Positions 1 to 10,735 are shown, counted from the whole stretch's first letter. The stretch: DNA of 63,987 bases, filler included, from Stramenopiles sp. TOSAG23-3 (GCA_900128585.1; 3 parts of 3 records of this genome joined end to end with filler, not necessarily neighbours in it), one strand, 5' to 3'. Translations and numbers: made by a program. The notes: generated by a model not told the origin, from the letters alone.

Positions 1-315
1 AGAAGAAGAAGAAGAAGAAGAAGAAGAAGAAGAAGAAGAAGAAGAAGAAGAAGAAGAAGAAGAAGAAGAAGAAGAAAGAGAAGAAAGAAGAAGAAAGAAG
101 AAGAAAGAAGAAGAAGAAGGAAGAAGAAGAAGAAGAAGAAGGAAGAAGAAGGAAGAAGAAGAAGAAAGAAAAAGAAGAAAGAAGAAGAAGAAGAAAGAAG
201 AAGAAGAAGGAAGAAGAAGAAGAAGAAGAAGGAAGAAGAAGAAGAAGAAGAAGAAAGAAAAAGAAGAAAGAAGAAGAAGAAGAACAAGAGAGAAGAAGAG
301 AGAAGAAGAAGAAGA
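1..315. repeat. (GAA)n/(GAAA) polypurine microsatellite
   Basis: Nearly uninterrupted AGA/GAA tract at the contig start. Confidence 0.97.
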
Positions 316-642
316 AAAAAAACAAACAATATAGTCTATTATAATACGGTATTAAATACCTGTTTACAGGTTGACAGGTTGATAATACACCTTGGTACCG
401 TAGCGCCCAAAAAAAAAATTAATAATAATAATAAATATAATGCTTCTTCTTCAGATGTGAGAATAAATTTATAAGCAACATGGAAAATGTAGAAGTTAGA
501 TTTACATTGCGTACAGTTTTTAAACGGTGATTATACCGAATCTGGTCTGAAAAATAAAAAAAAGAATACATCGTGCCGTTTTCTCCCATACAGTCGCGTT
601 CGTCCCCACACCCGCGGTGTTAACGCTAAAACTACATATAGT

Positions 643-2700
643 ATGGCGTCCGTTGCGTCCGGGGCTGTCTCGGGTGACGAACGGAGGTCGTATCCAAACA
701 TAGAGATCCACACGAATGCCAAGGCGGGATATACAGTGCCGGCTCTGGATGCGAGTAGAAATATAATTATACACTTAAAAGGATTTGCTAGTTATTTGGA
801 ATTCAATAAACATATAGAAACGAGGAACCTAGGAGATTTTTTGGTAGCGTTTGTGGCCGAAAAGTTAACCAAGGATTTCCTGACCGTAACCATAGTGTGG
901 GATGGTGATACGTACAACCAGAACAGTTTTACGGCGTTGATACCCAGGTTATGCAAGGCTGTACTGCCCAGAAAGACTTTTCTCGTCGCCTTTGTACAGC
1001 GTTGCGACAAATACAACACCAAAGATAGTTTTCTGAAAAGCTGGGGGGGTACGGGTATGCCGATTACGCTGTATTTGACCCAGAATTTTGGTGGGTATGA
1101 AAGCAATGACCCTTTCGCGCTCCTTGGTCAGTTTGCTTTGAATTGTACAGGATCCGAGTGCGTAGTATCATTTGGGGGTGGCAATTGCGTCAAGCAAGAA
1201 TACGAGCTGGGGAGTCGTGTGGCTGTCCAGTGGTATGTGTTTCCAGCGTCCAGGTACCATAAAAAGAAAGGGTACTGGGAGTCCGCCTCACTCGCAATTC
1301 ACTACTATAGTATGTCGAACATACACCTTCAAACGTTGGAATCAAAGACGAAGCAGGGTAAGGCGGGACGAACGGAGAGAACCCTTCCTACCACCGTTCG
1401 AGTGACCAATATCATCTTGCTGCGAAAAGACCGATTTTTACAAAATGAAGATTTGTGGTTTCACTTGTACGAGTTCTCTGATAGGAAAGGGCGAAAGTCA
1501 GAAGTCATCGATGCCCAAGGACATTTTTGGAAAGCATCAAAGGAAGGGCTCGACTTCGCTGCCGACATAGTCATCGACGGTCATGGCTGCATTTGTTGTC
1601 CAGGTTTCGTCGACTTGCAACTAAATGGGGCATTTGGTGTTGACTTTACAAACATGGATTTAACAGCAGGGGGGGTGAATAAAGTCTGTGAAGGCATCTT
1701 AGCCCATGGGGTAACTTCATTTCTCCCGACCGTCATTACTTCGCCGTCTGCAACGTACCATACCGTGCTTCCCGTACTGCGGTCTGTAAAAAAGGATCAG
1801 GAAGGCGAGGAGTACGGCAACCATCCGAAGGGCGCACGGATATTAGGTGTCCATCTCGAAGGACCATTTATAAACCGAGAGAAAAAAGGTGCCCACGACG
1901 CCAATTTTATACAACGCTCGGCAGACAATTTGGTAGAGGTGTACGGTTCCGACAACATGGCTGAGGTAAAACTTGTCACGATAGCGCCGGAAATCCCGGG
2001 CGCGTTAGCGGCAATACAAAAGTTGACAGACAGTGGCATTGTGGCTTCAATTGGTCACACTATGAGTAGCCTAGAAGACGGCATTCGTGCGTGCGAAAGG
2101 GGTGCACGCAAAATAACGCACCTGTTCAACGCAATGAATGCATTTCACCACCGAGACCCGGGCATTGTAGGATTGCTGGGCCTTCAAAGTCAGAATAGAA
2201 TCAACTACGGCATTATTCCAGATGGTTTTCACGCCCACCCTAGCAGCGTAAAAATTGCGTATGACGCTCACCCTTCAGGGGCAATTTTGGTGACTGATGC
2301 CATATGTGCTATGGGTCTAAACATAGGCAATCACAAATTAGGAACGAAGGAAGTTACAATTTCAGAGAGTACTACGTTGGAGGGTCGAAAAGGAAAAAAA
2401 GCCTTCGTCACAGCGTCTCCAGGCACCCTGGCAGGGTCGGTTGTCTCTATGATAGAGGGCGTCATCAATTTCAAAGCCTTCACCAAATGTAAGATTGAGG
2501 AAGCGCTGTATGCAGCGTCTTTTTCGCCTGCCGAAACAATACACGCTGATAAACGGAAGGGTCACCTGAATTTTGGTGCCGACGCAGACTTTCTTCTCCT
2601 TGATCCAAATGTCTATTCAGTAGTTAGCACGTTCGTGGATGGAAGAAAAGTTTACGAAGCCGAAGAGACGGACAAACTTCAGGTTGTTTGCAACAATTAG
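643..2700 (+). CDS. nagA: N-acetylglucosamine-6-phosphate deacetylase with an extra ~240-aa N-terminal domain
   Basis: Amidohydrolase motifs PGFVDLQLNGAFG, HGVTSFLPT, GVHLEGPFIN..KKGAH, TIAPE, SIGHT, THLFNAM, DGFHAHP, LVTDA, LAGS, GADADF. Confidence 0.93.
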   Translation: MASVASGAVSGDERRSYPNIEIHTNAKAGYTVPALDASRNIIIHLKGFASYLEFNKHIETRNLGDFLVAFVAEKLTKDFLTVTIVWDGDTYNQNSFTALIPRLCKAVLPRKTFLVAFVQRCDKYNTKDSFLKSWGGTGMPITLYLTQNFGGYESNDPFALLGQFALNCTGSECVVSFGGGNCVKQEYELGSRVAVQWYVFPASRYHKKKGYWESASLAIHYYSMSNIHLQTLESKTKQGKAGRTERTLPTTVRVTNIILLRKDRFLQNEDLWFHLYEFSDRKGRKSEVIDAQGHFWKASKEGLDFAADIVIDGHGCICCPGFVDLQLNGAFGVDFTNMDLTAGGVNKVCEGILAHGVTSFLPTVITSPSATYHTVLPVLRSVKKDQEGEEYGNHPKGARILGVHLEGPFINREKKGAHDANFIQRSADNLVEVYGSDNMAEVKLVTIAPEIPGALAAIQKLTDSGIVASIGHTMSSLEDGIRACERGARKITHLFNAMNAFHHRDPGIVGLLGLQSQNRINYGIIPDGFHAHPSSVKIAYDAHPSGAILVTDAICAMGLNIGNHKLGTKEVTISESTTLEGRKGKKAFVTASPGTLAGSVVSMIEGVINFKAFTKCKIEEALYAASFSPAETIHADKRKGHLNFGADADFLLLDPNVYSVVSTFVDGRKVYEAEETDKLQVVCNN

Positions 2701-2906
2701 ATGGAAGAGGGGGGGAGGGACAGCAACTTTGTGCCTACCACTGAATATAAATGTTTTAAACAATAAACATGTGACACGAGTGCGTTATTTTTGAATGGAT
2801 ATTGTAATATATATCTTACGAAGTACGAGCATAATCAAAACACTGTTTAAGAATGACAAATAAAATGAAAAATGTACGCCCGTTATTCGTGGTGCGACCT
2901 AAGGTC

Positions 2907-3821
2907 TTAAACTTTTGGTGCTGCTCTTTTGCGCTTGTTTCCAACCGGCGAAGCAATGCGGGGACTGCCGATCCGCGGGGTAATGGTCCGAAGCGCTGCT
3001 CCGGTGTCCCCGATCATCGGTATTTTTAACTTTTTGTTGGTTTGCTGTAAGCCTTTAAAATATTTTACAGTTTTCACGCGCAATTCAAGCGTCGCGTCTT
3101 CATCGCATACGATCATTGCCCTCGGGTGCATCTGAATGGCAGAGACCGTCCACATGTGGTTCACCCCCTCTTCAATGCATTTGGTGAGCGCCAATGCCTT
3201 TTTTGCTCCCGTAATAATAATGAGCACTTCGCGAGCATCCATGACGGTCCCGACACCGACAGTAAGAGCCATCTTGGGAACTTTTGAAATGTCTCCACCA
3301 AAAAAACGTGCGTTAGCAAGTATAGTATCGTACGCTAATGTTTTTACTCGGGTCCGGCTGGTCAAACTGCTCCCTGGCTCGTTGAACGCAACGTGGCCGT
3401 CCGGGCCTATGCCACCGAGAAACAGCTCTATGCCGCCGTAAGTGGCAATTTTGTCTTCGAAACGCAAGCATTCGGTTTGTAAATCTGCTGCGTTGCCGTC
3501 TAAAATGTTGACGTTCGACGGCTTGATGTTGACCTTGGAAAATAAATGCTTCCACATGAAACTATGGTAAGACTCCGGATGATCGTGCGGAATTTCGCAA
3601 TATTCATCCATGTTGAACGTTACTACGTGCTCAAAACTCAGCTGGTTATGCAAGTGGTAATCAACGAGCTTTTCGTACGTCTTAATAGGCGTGCTCCCAG
3701 TTGGAAGGCCAAGAACAAACGGCTTGTCTTCTGTTGGACCAAACTCGGCAATCCTCTTTCGCACATATTCGGCGACATAATCGCCGACTTTGCTGTCGTC
3801 GTCGTGAATAACCAAACGCAT
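2907..3821 (-). CDS. nagB: Glucosamine-6-phosphate deaminase/isomerase (GNPDA)
   Basis: FVLGLPTGSTP, TFNMDEY, HPESYHSFM, GGIELFLGGIGPDGHVAFNEPGSSLTSRTRVKTLAYDT, CDEDATLELRVKTVKYF; eukaryotic GNPDA type. Confidence 0.97.
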   Translation of the reverse strand: MRLVIHDDDSKVGDYVAEYVRKRIAEFGPTEDKPFVLGLPTGSTPIKTYEKLVDYHLHNQLSFEHVVTFNMDEYCEIPHDHPESYHSFMWKHLFSKVNIKPSNVNILDGNAADLQTECLRFEDKIATYGGIELFLGGIGPDGHVAFNEPGSSLTSRTRVKTLAYDTILANARFFGGDISKVPKMALTVGVGTVMDAREVLIIITGAKKALALTKCIEEGVNHMWTVSAIQMHPRAMIVCDEDATLELRVKTVKYFKGLQQTNKKLKIPMIGDTGAALRTITPRIGSPRIASPVGNKRKRAAPKV

Positions 3822-4367
3822 TTCTGTCGAATCTCTCTGTACAACACGTGCTTGTTCTCAAAAGGGGACGGGGAGGGCAATATCGCAAATGGAATCGATG
3901 TGTGGTGCGTATTTGATAAACAATTATTTGGTATGATCCAAAATTATTTATTTTTTAAATACATGGCATGAATTTAAATTGTTTTATGTTAGATTTTGTT
4001 TATGAGTTCAACAAAGAAAGATCTTTCAATTAACAAAAGTTCAAAAAAAATATAATTAATAATTAAATAAAAATAATTATTTATTATTAGTCTCTAATAC
4101 GGTATAAAATATATGAGAAGAAGAAGAAGAAAAGAAGAAGAAAAAAAAAAGATTTTTTTTTTTTTGATAATTTTTTTATTATTGTACTTTTAGATGGATC
4201 TTAAATTACATTATATTAACTGTAATAGTTAAACTTTTTCTTAACTAATGTTCATTTGTTCCTTATTACACAGTACAGTATTGCCATCTCATAATAATGG
4301 CTTCCTGGAATGTTTCCTTGTACGACGTCATATGATTTAAAGTAGATTTTCTGGTGACGAAGAAGTC

Positions 4368-4616
4368 GTCTCTCAAAAGAAGAAAGAAGAAGAAAGAAGA
4401 AAGAAGAAACAAGAAACAAGAAAGAAGAAAGAAGAAACAAGAAACAAGAAACAAGAAACAAGAAACAAGAAACAAGAAAGAAGAAAGAAGAAAAGAAGAA
4501 AAGAAGAAAGACGAAAAGAAGAAAATAAGAAGAAAAGAAGAAAAGAAGAAAAGTAGAAAAGAAGAAAAGAAGAAAAGTAGAAAAGAAGAAAAGAAGAAAA
4601 GAAGAAAAAAAAGAAG
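4368..4616. repeat. GAA/GAAACAA polypurine compound microsatellite
   Basis: Tandem AAGAAAG and AAGAAAC units between divergent nagB and ZIP4-like genes. Confidence 0.9.
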
Positions 4617-5042
4617 CAATTAAGAATATAGTAGCTATTTTATACAAAATACAAAATACAATCCATCCATGGCATAATAATGTATTTAGAATACCAACTG
4701 GGTACATATAAGCTGTCTATCTTTCTAGAAACTAATAAATAAAAAGGTCAAATCAATCAAATCAGCGAAGAAATTCAACATGTTGTATGCTATTCTTTCA
4801 GTATTATTATTCGGTCTAGCTAGACTACTTAATTCACAACTAATAAGTCTACAATGCTATACTGATGCAAATATAATTTATTACGACACGAAGAAAGAAG
4901 AAGAGGAGTGTATTTTTTTTGGTGAGGCTAATTTCATTGTTTACTTCTGTTCATACGATATAATCAAAAAGGTTTTTATTAATTTAGATTGAAAGATGAA
5001 AAACAAATTTAGTTCATTGAAGCATATTTACGAGATTAGAAT

Positions 5043-8000
5043 ATGTCGAATTTTACTAAAACAACGTTACCTGAACCAATTATAGGGATTAGCGGCCCTG
5101 ACAACACGCCAAATCCAAAGCGCCCAGGCCTGACTTGCATCCACGAAGCAAAGCTGCTGATGGAAAAATTGCAAAAGTACGGGGGTAGAGAACGGACGCC
5201 CTCGGAGTGGTATTCGTCCATGTCCTTCAGTGCCGGTAGAATCATAGACATGATTGTAAAAATGAAAAGACAGGTAAAATTAATCGGGAAAGAAACGGAG
5301 AAAAAGCTAGAAGAGACTGGAGTCACGATCTTCAACGCTGCGCAGAAAGCGCTTGCAGAACGAAGTGAGAACGGGACCTACGTGCTCGCGCAACTTTATG
5401 AATTGAGTGCCGAGATATTAGCCTACTGCGACCATGAAGTTTTGCCAACGTCAAAGATTTATATGTCTGCGTCAGCAACTTTCGAGGAGGCGAAACGTTC
5501 GGATTGTACGCCCGTATCACTCGATAGAGATATGCTGTGCCTGAACAAAGCCATCGAGGTTTTCGACAAGGGATGCTCAAAACGGGGCTCAGCCGTAACT
5601 TCGAAGGATGCTTTCCTGCTACTCTCTCACCGGCAGCATATGTATTTGTCTAAAGCAAAACTTCTTTGTCTTGATCATTCGTGTGAAAAAGATGAAATTG
5701 CTTTCGAATGTTTGACGCAATTGGTGAAGATGCACCCATTTCCGCAGACGCACGCTCTTGACGTTCTCCGGCTTGCCTTCGACAACGGTTCGCAGTGGCA
5801 GCAAGAGTCCAAGTACGAACAGGCCATAAAGTGGTTCCATTTTGTCAAGGACATTTACTGTCAAACGTGCCGTAGGCCGGAAAGCCAAGACGACAATGAA
5901 AAGGGCGCGGGCGCCTCTGAAGAATTAAACAAGATGAGCATTTCGAAATCTTTGGTCGCAAATTCCGTGTTTGCCATTGCTTTCATATCTGTAAGCTCCT
6001 CCGACGATATTGACATTTCGAACCATTCTATTGTTGAATACGAGCAAACAATGAGGTCTCTCGGTGTTCATGCCGGTGTCCAACCCCGCGATTCGGCCTA
6101 CGTTCCAGGGTCAACGCTGTTGAAGTTACAATTGTGCATGGGTCAAAACAAAAAAGACAAGGGCCACACTATATTTTCGGAAATGCTAGCAGAGTTTCAA
6201 AATTTCGCGGCAAAAGGAGCAGAAGGAACACAGAACAGAATAGGTTACACCGAGCTGATAAAATGCGTGACAGCTTTGTCTGAGTTTGGCAAGTACGCCG
6301 ACAAGGACGTCGAAAATATCAGAACTGTGCTGCATTTGGACAAAGTGGAACCGAACGAACGGTCGATTGCTTATTGGGCGTTCATTGAGAGCCTGCACCA
6401 CTCCAAAATATTGTATCAGAACCCTAAGGTTTTCAAGATATTTTTTGACATCGCAACGAAATTGCAGGAAGAGGGCACGGGGCAACAAACTACGAACGGT
6501 GGTCCTCGCGCTGTGAATCAAAGCTTCAAGTATTTAGTCTCCCTTTTGTGCACCGTGGCGCTAGGGCTTGCTGAGCACAGGGAGTTTGGAAGTAGCAAAG
6601 ATGTTCTGAAATTGATTTTGACCATATCGATGAAAGAGAGATACACCAAAATTGAGAACGAAAACATTTACCTGCTCTGCGCCCACGTTCACTGTTTGGC
6701 TGGAGACCACGACGCATGCCTGATGCATGCCACAAAATGTGCGGCTGACTGCTTTGATAAGCATTTTATATACTTTAAATGCATGCTGGCGCAAGGTGAT
6801 CGGGAAGGGACAAAAGCGGCGTTGAAAAGGTGCCTCCAAAGTCAAGATATCACCGAGAGCAGAATTGTCGGGCTCTTGTTCGAAGTGAAACGGTCCGAAG
6901 AATCGCAACTGTGCGAGCAGGTAATGATAAAACTTCTTAAACAGACCGATGGGCTATCGGTTGGTTCTCTCCAAGTTTCATCCAAGGGAAAATTGGCAGC
7001 AAGTTTGATGAAGCTGCTTTCTGACCGCTTGGCAATGCCGAGCACAGAGAAATCAAGCCGTAATAAGGATACGTACGCGTCGTGTTTGGAAGGGCTCAAA
7101 GCCTGCAATGATTGTCTCCAATTGACCGCAGAAGTAAATGCATTCGGTTCTGCAGAAGATCGTAAATATGTTGTGAAAACTTGTGTAACTATAGCCTCGA
7201 ACGCTTGCTCGTCCGATAATGTAGAGTTTGGCAGACAGATTTACCACAACGTAAAGGTGTTTCAGGATTTATGCGAGCACAAAGTTCTCCCCGACGAACA
7301 TATAGATATTTTAACCATCTGTGCTCTTGTCAAAGATTTTCGAAACAAAGATCCTGGCACTGACACTGCAGCGTCTAGAAAGCAGCGAGAGGGAATACTG
7401 CATGCTTTGCAAGACCTAGGGAAGGCAGACACGAGCGTGACGGGGGCGGTCGGCGATGATCCAAACAGTCGTGGGAAAGTAGTTTACCTTTCGCGGGTAT
7501 TCGAAATAGTCATTCTGGCGTTGGCGCCTAGATCGAAGAAAAGGTTTCGCAACCTGCTGAAGCTGCGCGCTGCTGACGGCGAGTTTTGCTCTACTGCGTT
7601 TTTCGATGATTTATTCGAGGAGTGTTGTTTCATGAACGCGGAAAAGCATGCGCTAATACATATTCTGGAGGCACAGTTACATCATGAAATGAAGTCATCA
7701 ACGACTTCGAAAACACTGGCAACAATATTTCGAAGGTTGTGCCATTACATTGGCTGCGATAACGCAAACGATTACTTTACACAAGCGTTGCAAATAGCAA
7801 AAACCATGCATTCCTACCCATCCGAAGAAGCAGATTGGATGGTTCGAACTCTTTGGAACCATGGTGTTGAATTGTCGCAACAAGCGCGGCATGATCAATT
7901 TGGTGTATCACTTTCCAGAGCGAGCTCTGAACCCGGGTGGTACTTTGAAAGTGCTATAGACTTTGCGGAATACGCGGACACGCAACTTCAACGAAGGCTT

Positions 8001-8096
8001 CAAGAGCTGTACAAACAATACAAAGGTAGGTCACACCTTTCATCGAGGAATGCAAGGCTTTCTAAATCTAAGAACAAGTCCGGATTTGATTTTTAA
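5043..8096 (+). CDS. TPR-solenoid protein, probable meiosis-specific ZIP4/SPO22/TEX11 homologue
   Basis: 1017-aa helical ORF; TPR-like AFDNGSQWQQESKYEQAIKWF; C-terminal YPSEEADWMVRTLWNHGVEL matches the YPxEExxWxxxxxWNxG motif of ZIP4/TEX11. Confidence 0.65.
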   Translation: MSNFTKTTLPEPIIGISGPDNTPNPKRPGLTCIHEAKLLMEKLQKYGGRERTPSEWYSSMSFSAGRIIDMIVKMKRQVKLIGKETEKKLEETGVTIFNAAQKALAERSENGTYVLAQLYELSAEILAYCDHEVLPTSKIYMSASATFEEAKRSDCTPVSLDRDMLCLNKAIEVFDKGCSKRGSAVTSKDAFLLLSHRQHMYLSKAKLLCLDHSCEKDEIAFECLTQLVKMHPFPQTHALDVLRLAFDNGSQWQQESKYEQAIKWFHFVKDIYCQTCRRPESQDDNEKGAGASEELNKMSISKSLVANSVFAIAFISVSSSDDIDISNHSIVEYEQTMRSLGVHAGVQPRDSAYVPGSTLLKLQLCMGQNKKDKGHTIFSEMLAEFQNFAAKGAEGTQNRIGYTELIKCVTALSEFGKYADKDVENIRTVLHLDKVEPNERSIAYWAFIESLHHSKILYQNPKVFKIFFDIATKLQEEGTGQQTTNGGPRAVNQSFKYLVSLLCTVALGLAEHREFGSSKDVLKLILTISMKERYTKIENENIYLLCAHVHCLAGDHDACLMHATKCAADCFDKHFIYFKCMLAQGDREGTKAALKRCLQSQDITESRIVGLLFEVKRSEESQLCEQVMIKLLKQTDGLSVGSLQVSSKGKLAASLMKLLSDRLAMPSTEKSSRNKDTYASCLEGLKACNDCLQLTAEVNAFGSAEDRKYVVKTCVTIASNACSSDNVEFGRQIYHNVKVFQDLCEHKVLPDEHIDILTICALVKDFRNKDPGTDTAASRKQREGILHALQDLGKADTSVTGAVGDDPNSRGKVVYLSRVFEIVILALAPRSKKRFRNLLKLRAADGEFCSTAFFDDLFEECCFMNAEKHALIHILEAQLHHEMKSSTTSKTLATIFRRLCHYIGCDNANDYFTQALQIAKTMHSYPSEEADWMVRTLWNHGVELSQQARHDQFGVSLSRASSEPGWYFESAIDFAEYADTQLQRRLQELYKQYKGRSHLSSRNARLSKSKNKSGFDF

Positions 8097-8236
8097 ATGA
8101 AGCAACGACAACTTTTTTCAAAATAAGATGTGCGCGTAGGTTTTGAACATCACTAACCCACCACAGCGGAATTATTATTTTTTCCTTTTCTCTCCTGCTC
8201 GCCCTGCTGTGTGTGGCTATTTTATTATATTTAATA

Positions 8237-8410
8237 CAGTGTAATCAAATCCCCAATATTCCCTTAAATTTTCCCAATATTACCAATTATTAAGGCAAGA
8301 AATCCTACACTATTGAGGTGTAATTAAAATTACACCAATGTTATTTTTATGCTGTAATATCGGTTAAGAGGATGAAAATTTAAGGGAATATTGGGGATTT
8401 GATTACACAG
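8237..8410. mobile_element. 174-bp Tc1/mariner-type MITE
   Basis: 35-bp perfect inverted repeats (8239-8273 vs 8374-8408), termini CAGTG...CACAG, TA on both flanks (8235-36, 8411-12), no coding capacity. Confidence 0.85.
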
Positions 8411-8511
8411 TAACAACACCACAGCATTGTGATGGCTTCTTTCCGTAGTAATTGATAGGGAAACTAATAATTAGAATATCAATCAAACCCTATCAAATTT
8501 GATGTGTTCGA

Positions 8512-9462
8512 CTACGCGGTAACATTTACAACAACGTCGGAGCTAGTAGCAACTGCTTGTGCAACTGGGAGATCAGCTGGTACTACTCTTGGAGTGTGAG
8601 GTAAATTTACTTGTACAACTGGTAGATCTTCTGGATTGAGAGGTGGTCCAATAACTGCTTGTGCAACTGGAATAGGAGGTACATGTAAGTGTAATCTCCC
8701 TGAATAATATTTCTGTAGACATTCACTATTACGATGTGAATTACGTCCATGTATGTACTCTACCCGAATACCTCTATTTTTCCAGTCACGAAACACGAAG
8801 TGAACGAATTTTCGTTGTCGTTCTCTAACTCCAGCATCGACGGAAAGATTTTGCCCGCAGATTATACTAACCCAACAACTAACAAAAAGACCAAAAACAA
8901 AAAATCCAAAACCAAGCCCTAAAAAAGTCCATATAAACAATCCGAAGATAGAAGGCAAAGCATAACAGATATAGTGTGCGGACGGATTGAGTTTTTCATA
9001 TCCTTGGCGAAGTTCAGGTATTTTATCATGTACTTCGTTATACCCGAACATAGTTATCAATCTTGAATCGGTTAGAAAAGTTTGGAAAGAACTGATGTCT
9101 ATAGACCTATGTTCACCCCAAAATCCTTTCCTAGCTATATGGAGAGTTAGTTTTACTTCGCTTACAAAAAAATACCACATCAATTTCACAGGCCTTCCAA
9201 CAGAACTCAATAGTTTCAAGGTTTCTCCAAGCGACCATTTAGAGACATCTTCTTCGTTAATTTTTACTAACTCCGAATTAGGCCGAATTTCGGAACACTG
9301 TGCAGCCAAGCCTGTGGGAAGAATTTTCTTCACAATTGCGCCACCACCTCTTTTTCTCACAAGCCGTACACCCAAAGAGGCTTCGCCCTCAACACGAGTT
9401 ACAATAAATCTTTGTAAACCCGTAGAGACCGCACGCTCGTGGTACCTTACAATTGATATCAT
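8512..9462 (-). CDS. PDZ-domain membrane protein with two predicted TM helices and a Pro/Val-rich tail
   Basis: SLGVRLV...AIVKKILPTGLAAQCSEIRPNSELVKINEEDV is PDZ-like; hydrophobic stretch YALPSIFGLFIWTFLGLGFGFFVFGLFVSCWVSII; first ATG at 9462. Confidence 0.7.
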   Translation of the reverse strand: MISIVRYHERAVSTGLQRFIVTRVEGEASLGVRLVRKRGGGAIVKKILPTGLAAQCSEIRPNSELVKINEEDVSKWSLGETLKLLSSVGRPVKLMWYFFVSEVKLTLHIARKGFWGEHRSIDISSFQTFLTDSRLITMFGYNEVHDKIPELRQGYEKLNPSAHYICYALPSIFGLFIWTFLGLGFGFFVFGLFVSCWVSIICGQNLSVDAGVRERQRKFVHFVFRDWKNRGIRVEYIHGRNSHRNSECLQKYYSGRLHLHVPPIPVAQAVIGPPLNPEDLPVVQVNLPHTPRVVPADLPVAQAVATSSDVVVNVTA

Positions 9463-10436
9463 ACCAAACACAATAATTTGAACTGTGAGATGAAAGCAGA
9501 AGCATTCCTATGCAGTTTTATTTACTCGAAAATTTACCAGTTACTTTTGGAGCTATATTAATATTACACTTTGGCTGGGTAGTAAAGACGACTATTTAAG
9601 CAAGCTGCAGTTTTTTTTCTCGCACTGTACTACAGTACTGTATTCGTCTAGCCAAGAAGAAGTCGTCTAGTTTAAATAGATTCAAACTTGGGCCTTCGAT
9701 CATTCTCATTCTTCTTCTAATAGCAGACACTTGTATAATAACAAATATACATAAGAATATCATCATATAACAAAAGAAACAAAAAAGGAGATATTGAGTA
9801 AGTACACAGTTAACAGTTTGCAAAGAAATTGATTTAATAATATAGGATCATGTTTAATAAGATAATAAGAAAAAGGGAAGGAAGAAACATTTGTTGATAC
9901 ACTACGCAGTGAAAAAATATTAGCCGTACGTATTCCTATTGATAGTCGTCTCGTATTGTCCGTTCCTTCTTCCCTTTTTTTTTTCTAATTTGATACATTA
10001 TATATAGTATCTATAATACCACAACAAGCAAATCGAGAGAAAAAAAGAACTGCAACGAATGAGGCCAGTAAAACGAACGAACATTTTCTCTGTTTTTTGC
10101 TGCTCCCTGCTCTTCGGTTCCCGTTCCGTTCCCGGTGCGTTACACCGTACTCCACGTTGTCGTTGCTCTTCCGGTATTTGTTTAGTATTAAATATTATAA
10201 TACCATACCAGTAGTACAAACAAGTGCCAAAAACACGACGGCACCGACTAACGAAGTTCAGCAGCAGTGTTTTGAGGTTTTCTGTTGTCTCTATTCAGTG
10301 CGTTCAGCAAAAGCTGTTGTTATGCCTGAATGACTACGGGGAACTGTCAATATTATATAATACCACCTGCAGCACCGATAAAATGGTGAGTAAAATAAAA
10401 ACCGGTTTATATACAGTATTAATATTTATTTAGGTT

Positions 10437-10489
10437 GGTACGGTACCGTACCAGGTACGGTACGGTACCGGTACCAGGTACCACGGTAT
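10437..10489. repeat. GGTAC/GTACC palindromic array
   Basis: GGTACGGTACCGTACCAGGTACGGTACGGTACCGGTACCAGGTACC, ~250 bp upstream of the ankyrin gene. Confidence 0.75.
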
Positions 10490-10735
10490 TATATTACGGA
10501 GGAGAAGATGATGGAGAGACATCATGATGGTGCTGAAAAAACGACGAAGAATATTGGTATTATATATAGTAATAGTCTAAAACAAAAATCCTCTGGTAGG
10601 CAACACTGAACGAATATCCCACAAGTTTATCACCTACAGTGTTTAGTCAAGCCCCGCGGTAGCCCCAGCTAAGCCTTCGCCCAAATATTTAACATCGAAA
10701 GCATAGGATTTTTATTTATAGGAACTCGTTCAACT

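Noticed and set aside
4252..4707. Phe/Leu/Ser-rich and Lys/Arg/Glu-rich ORFs at 4252-4707, 24725-24982, 31101-31600, 40331-40537, 62692-63093
   Set aside because: Translations of microsatellites
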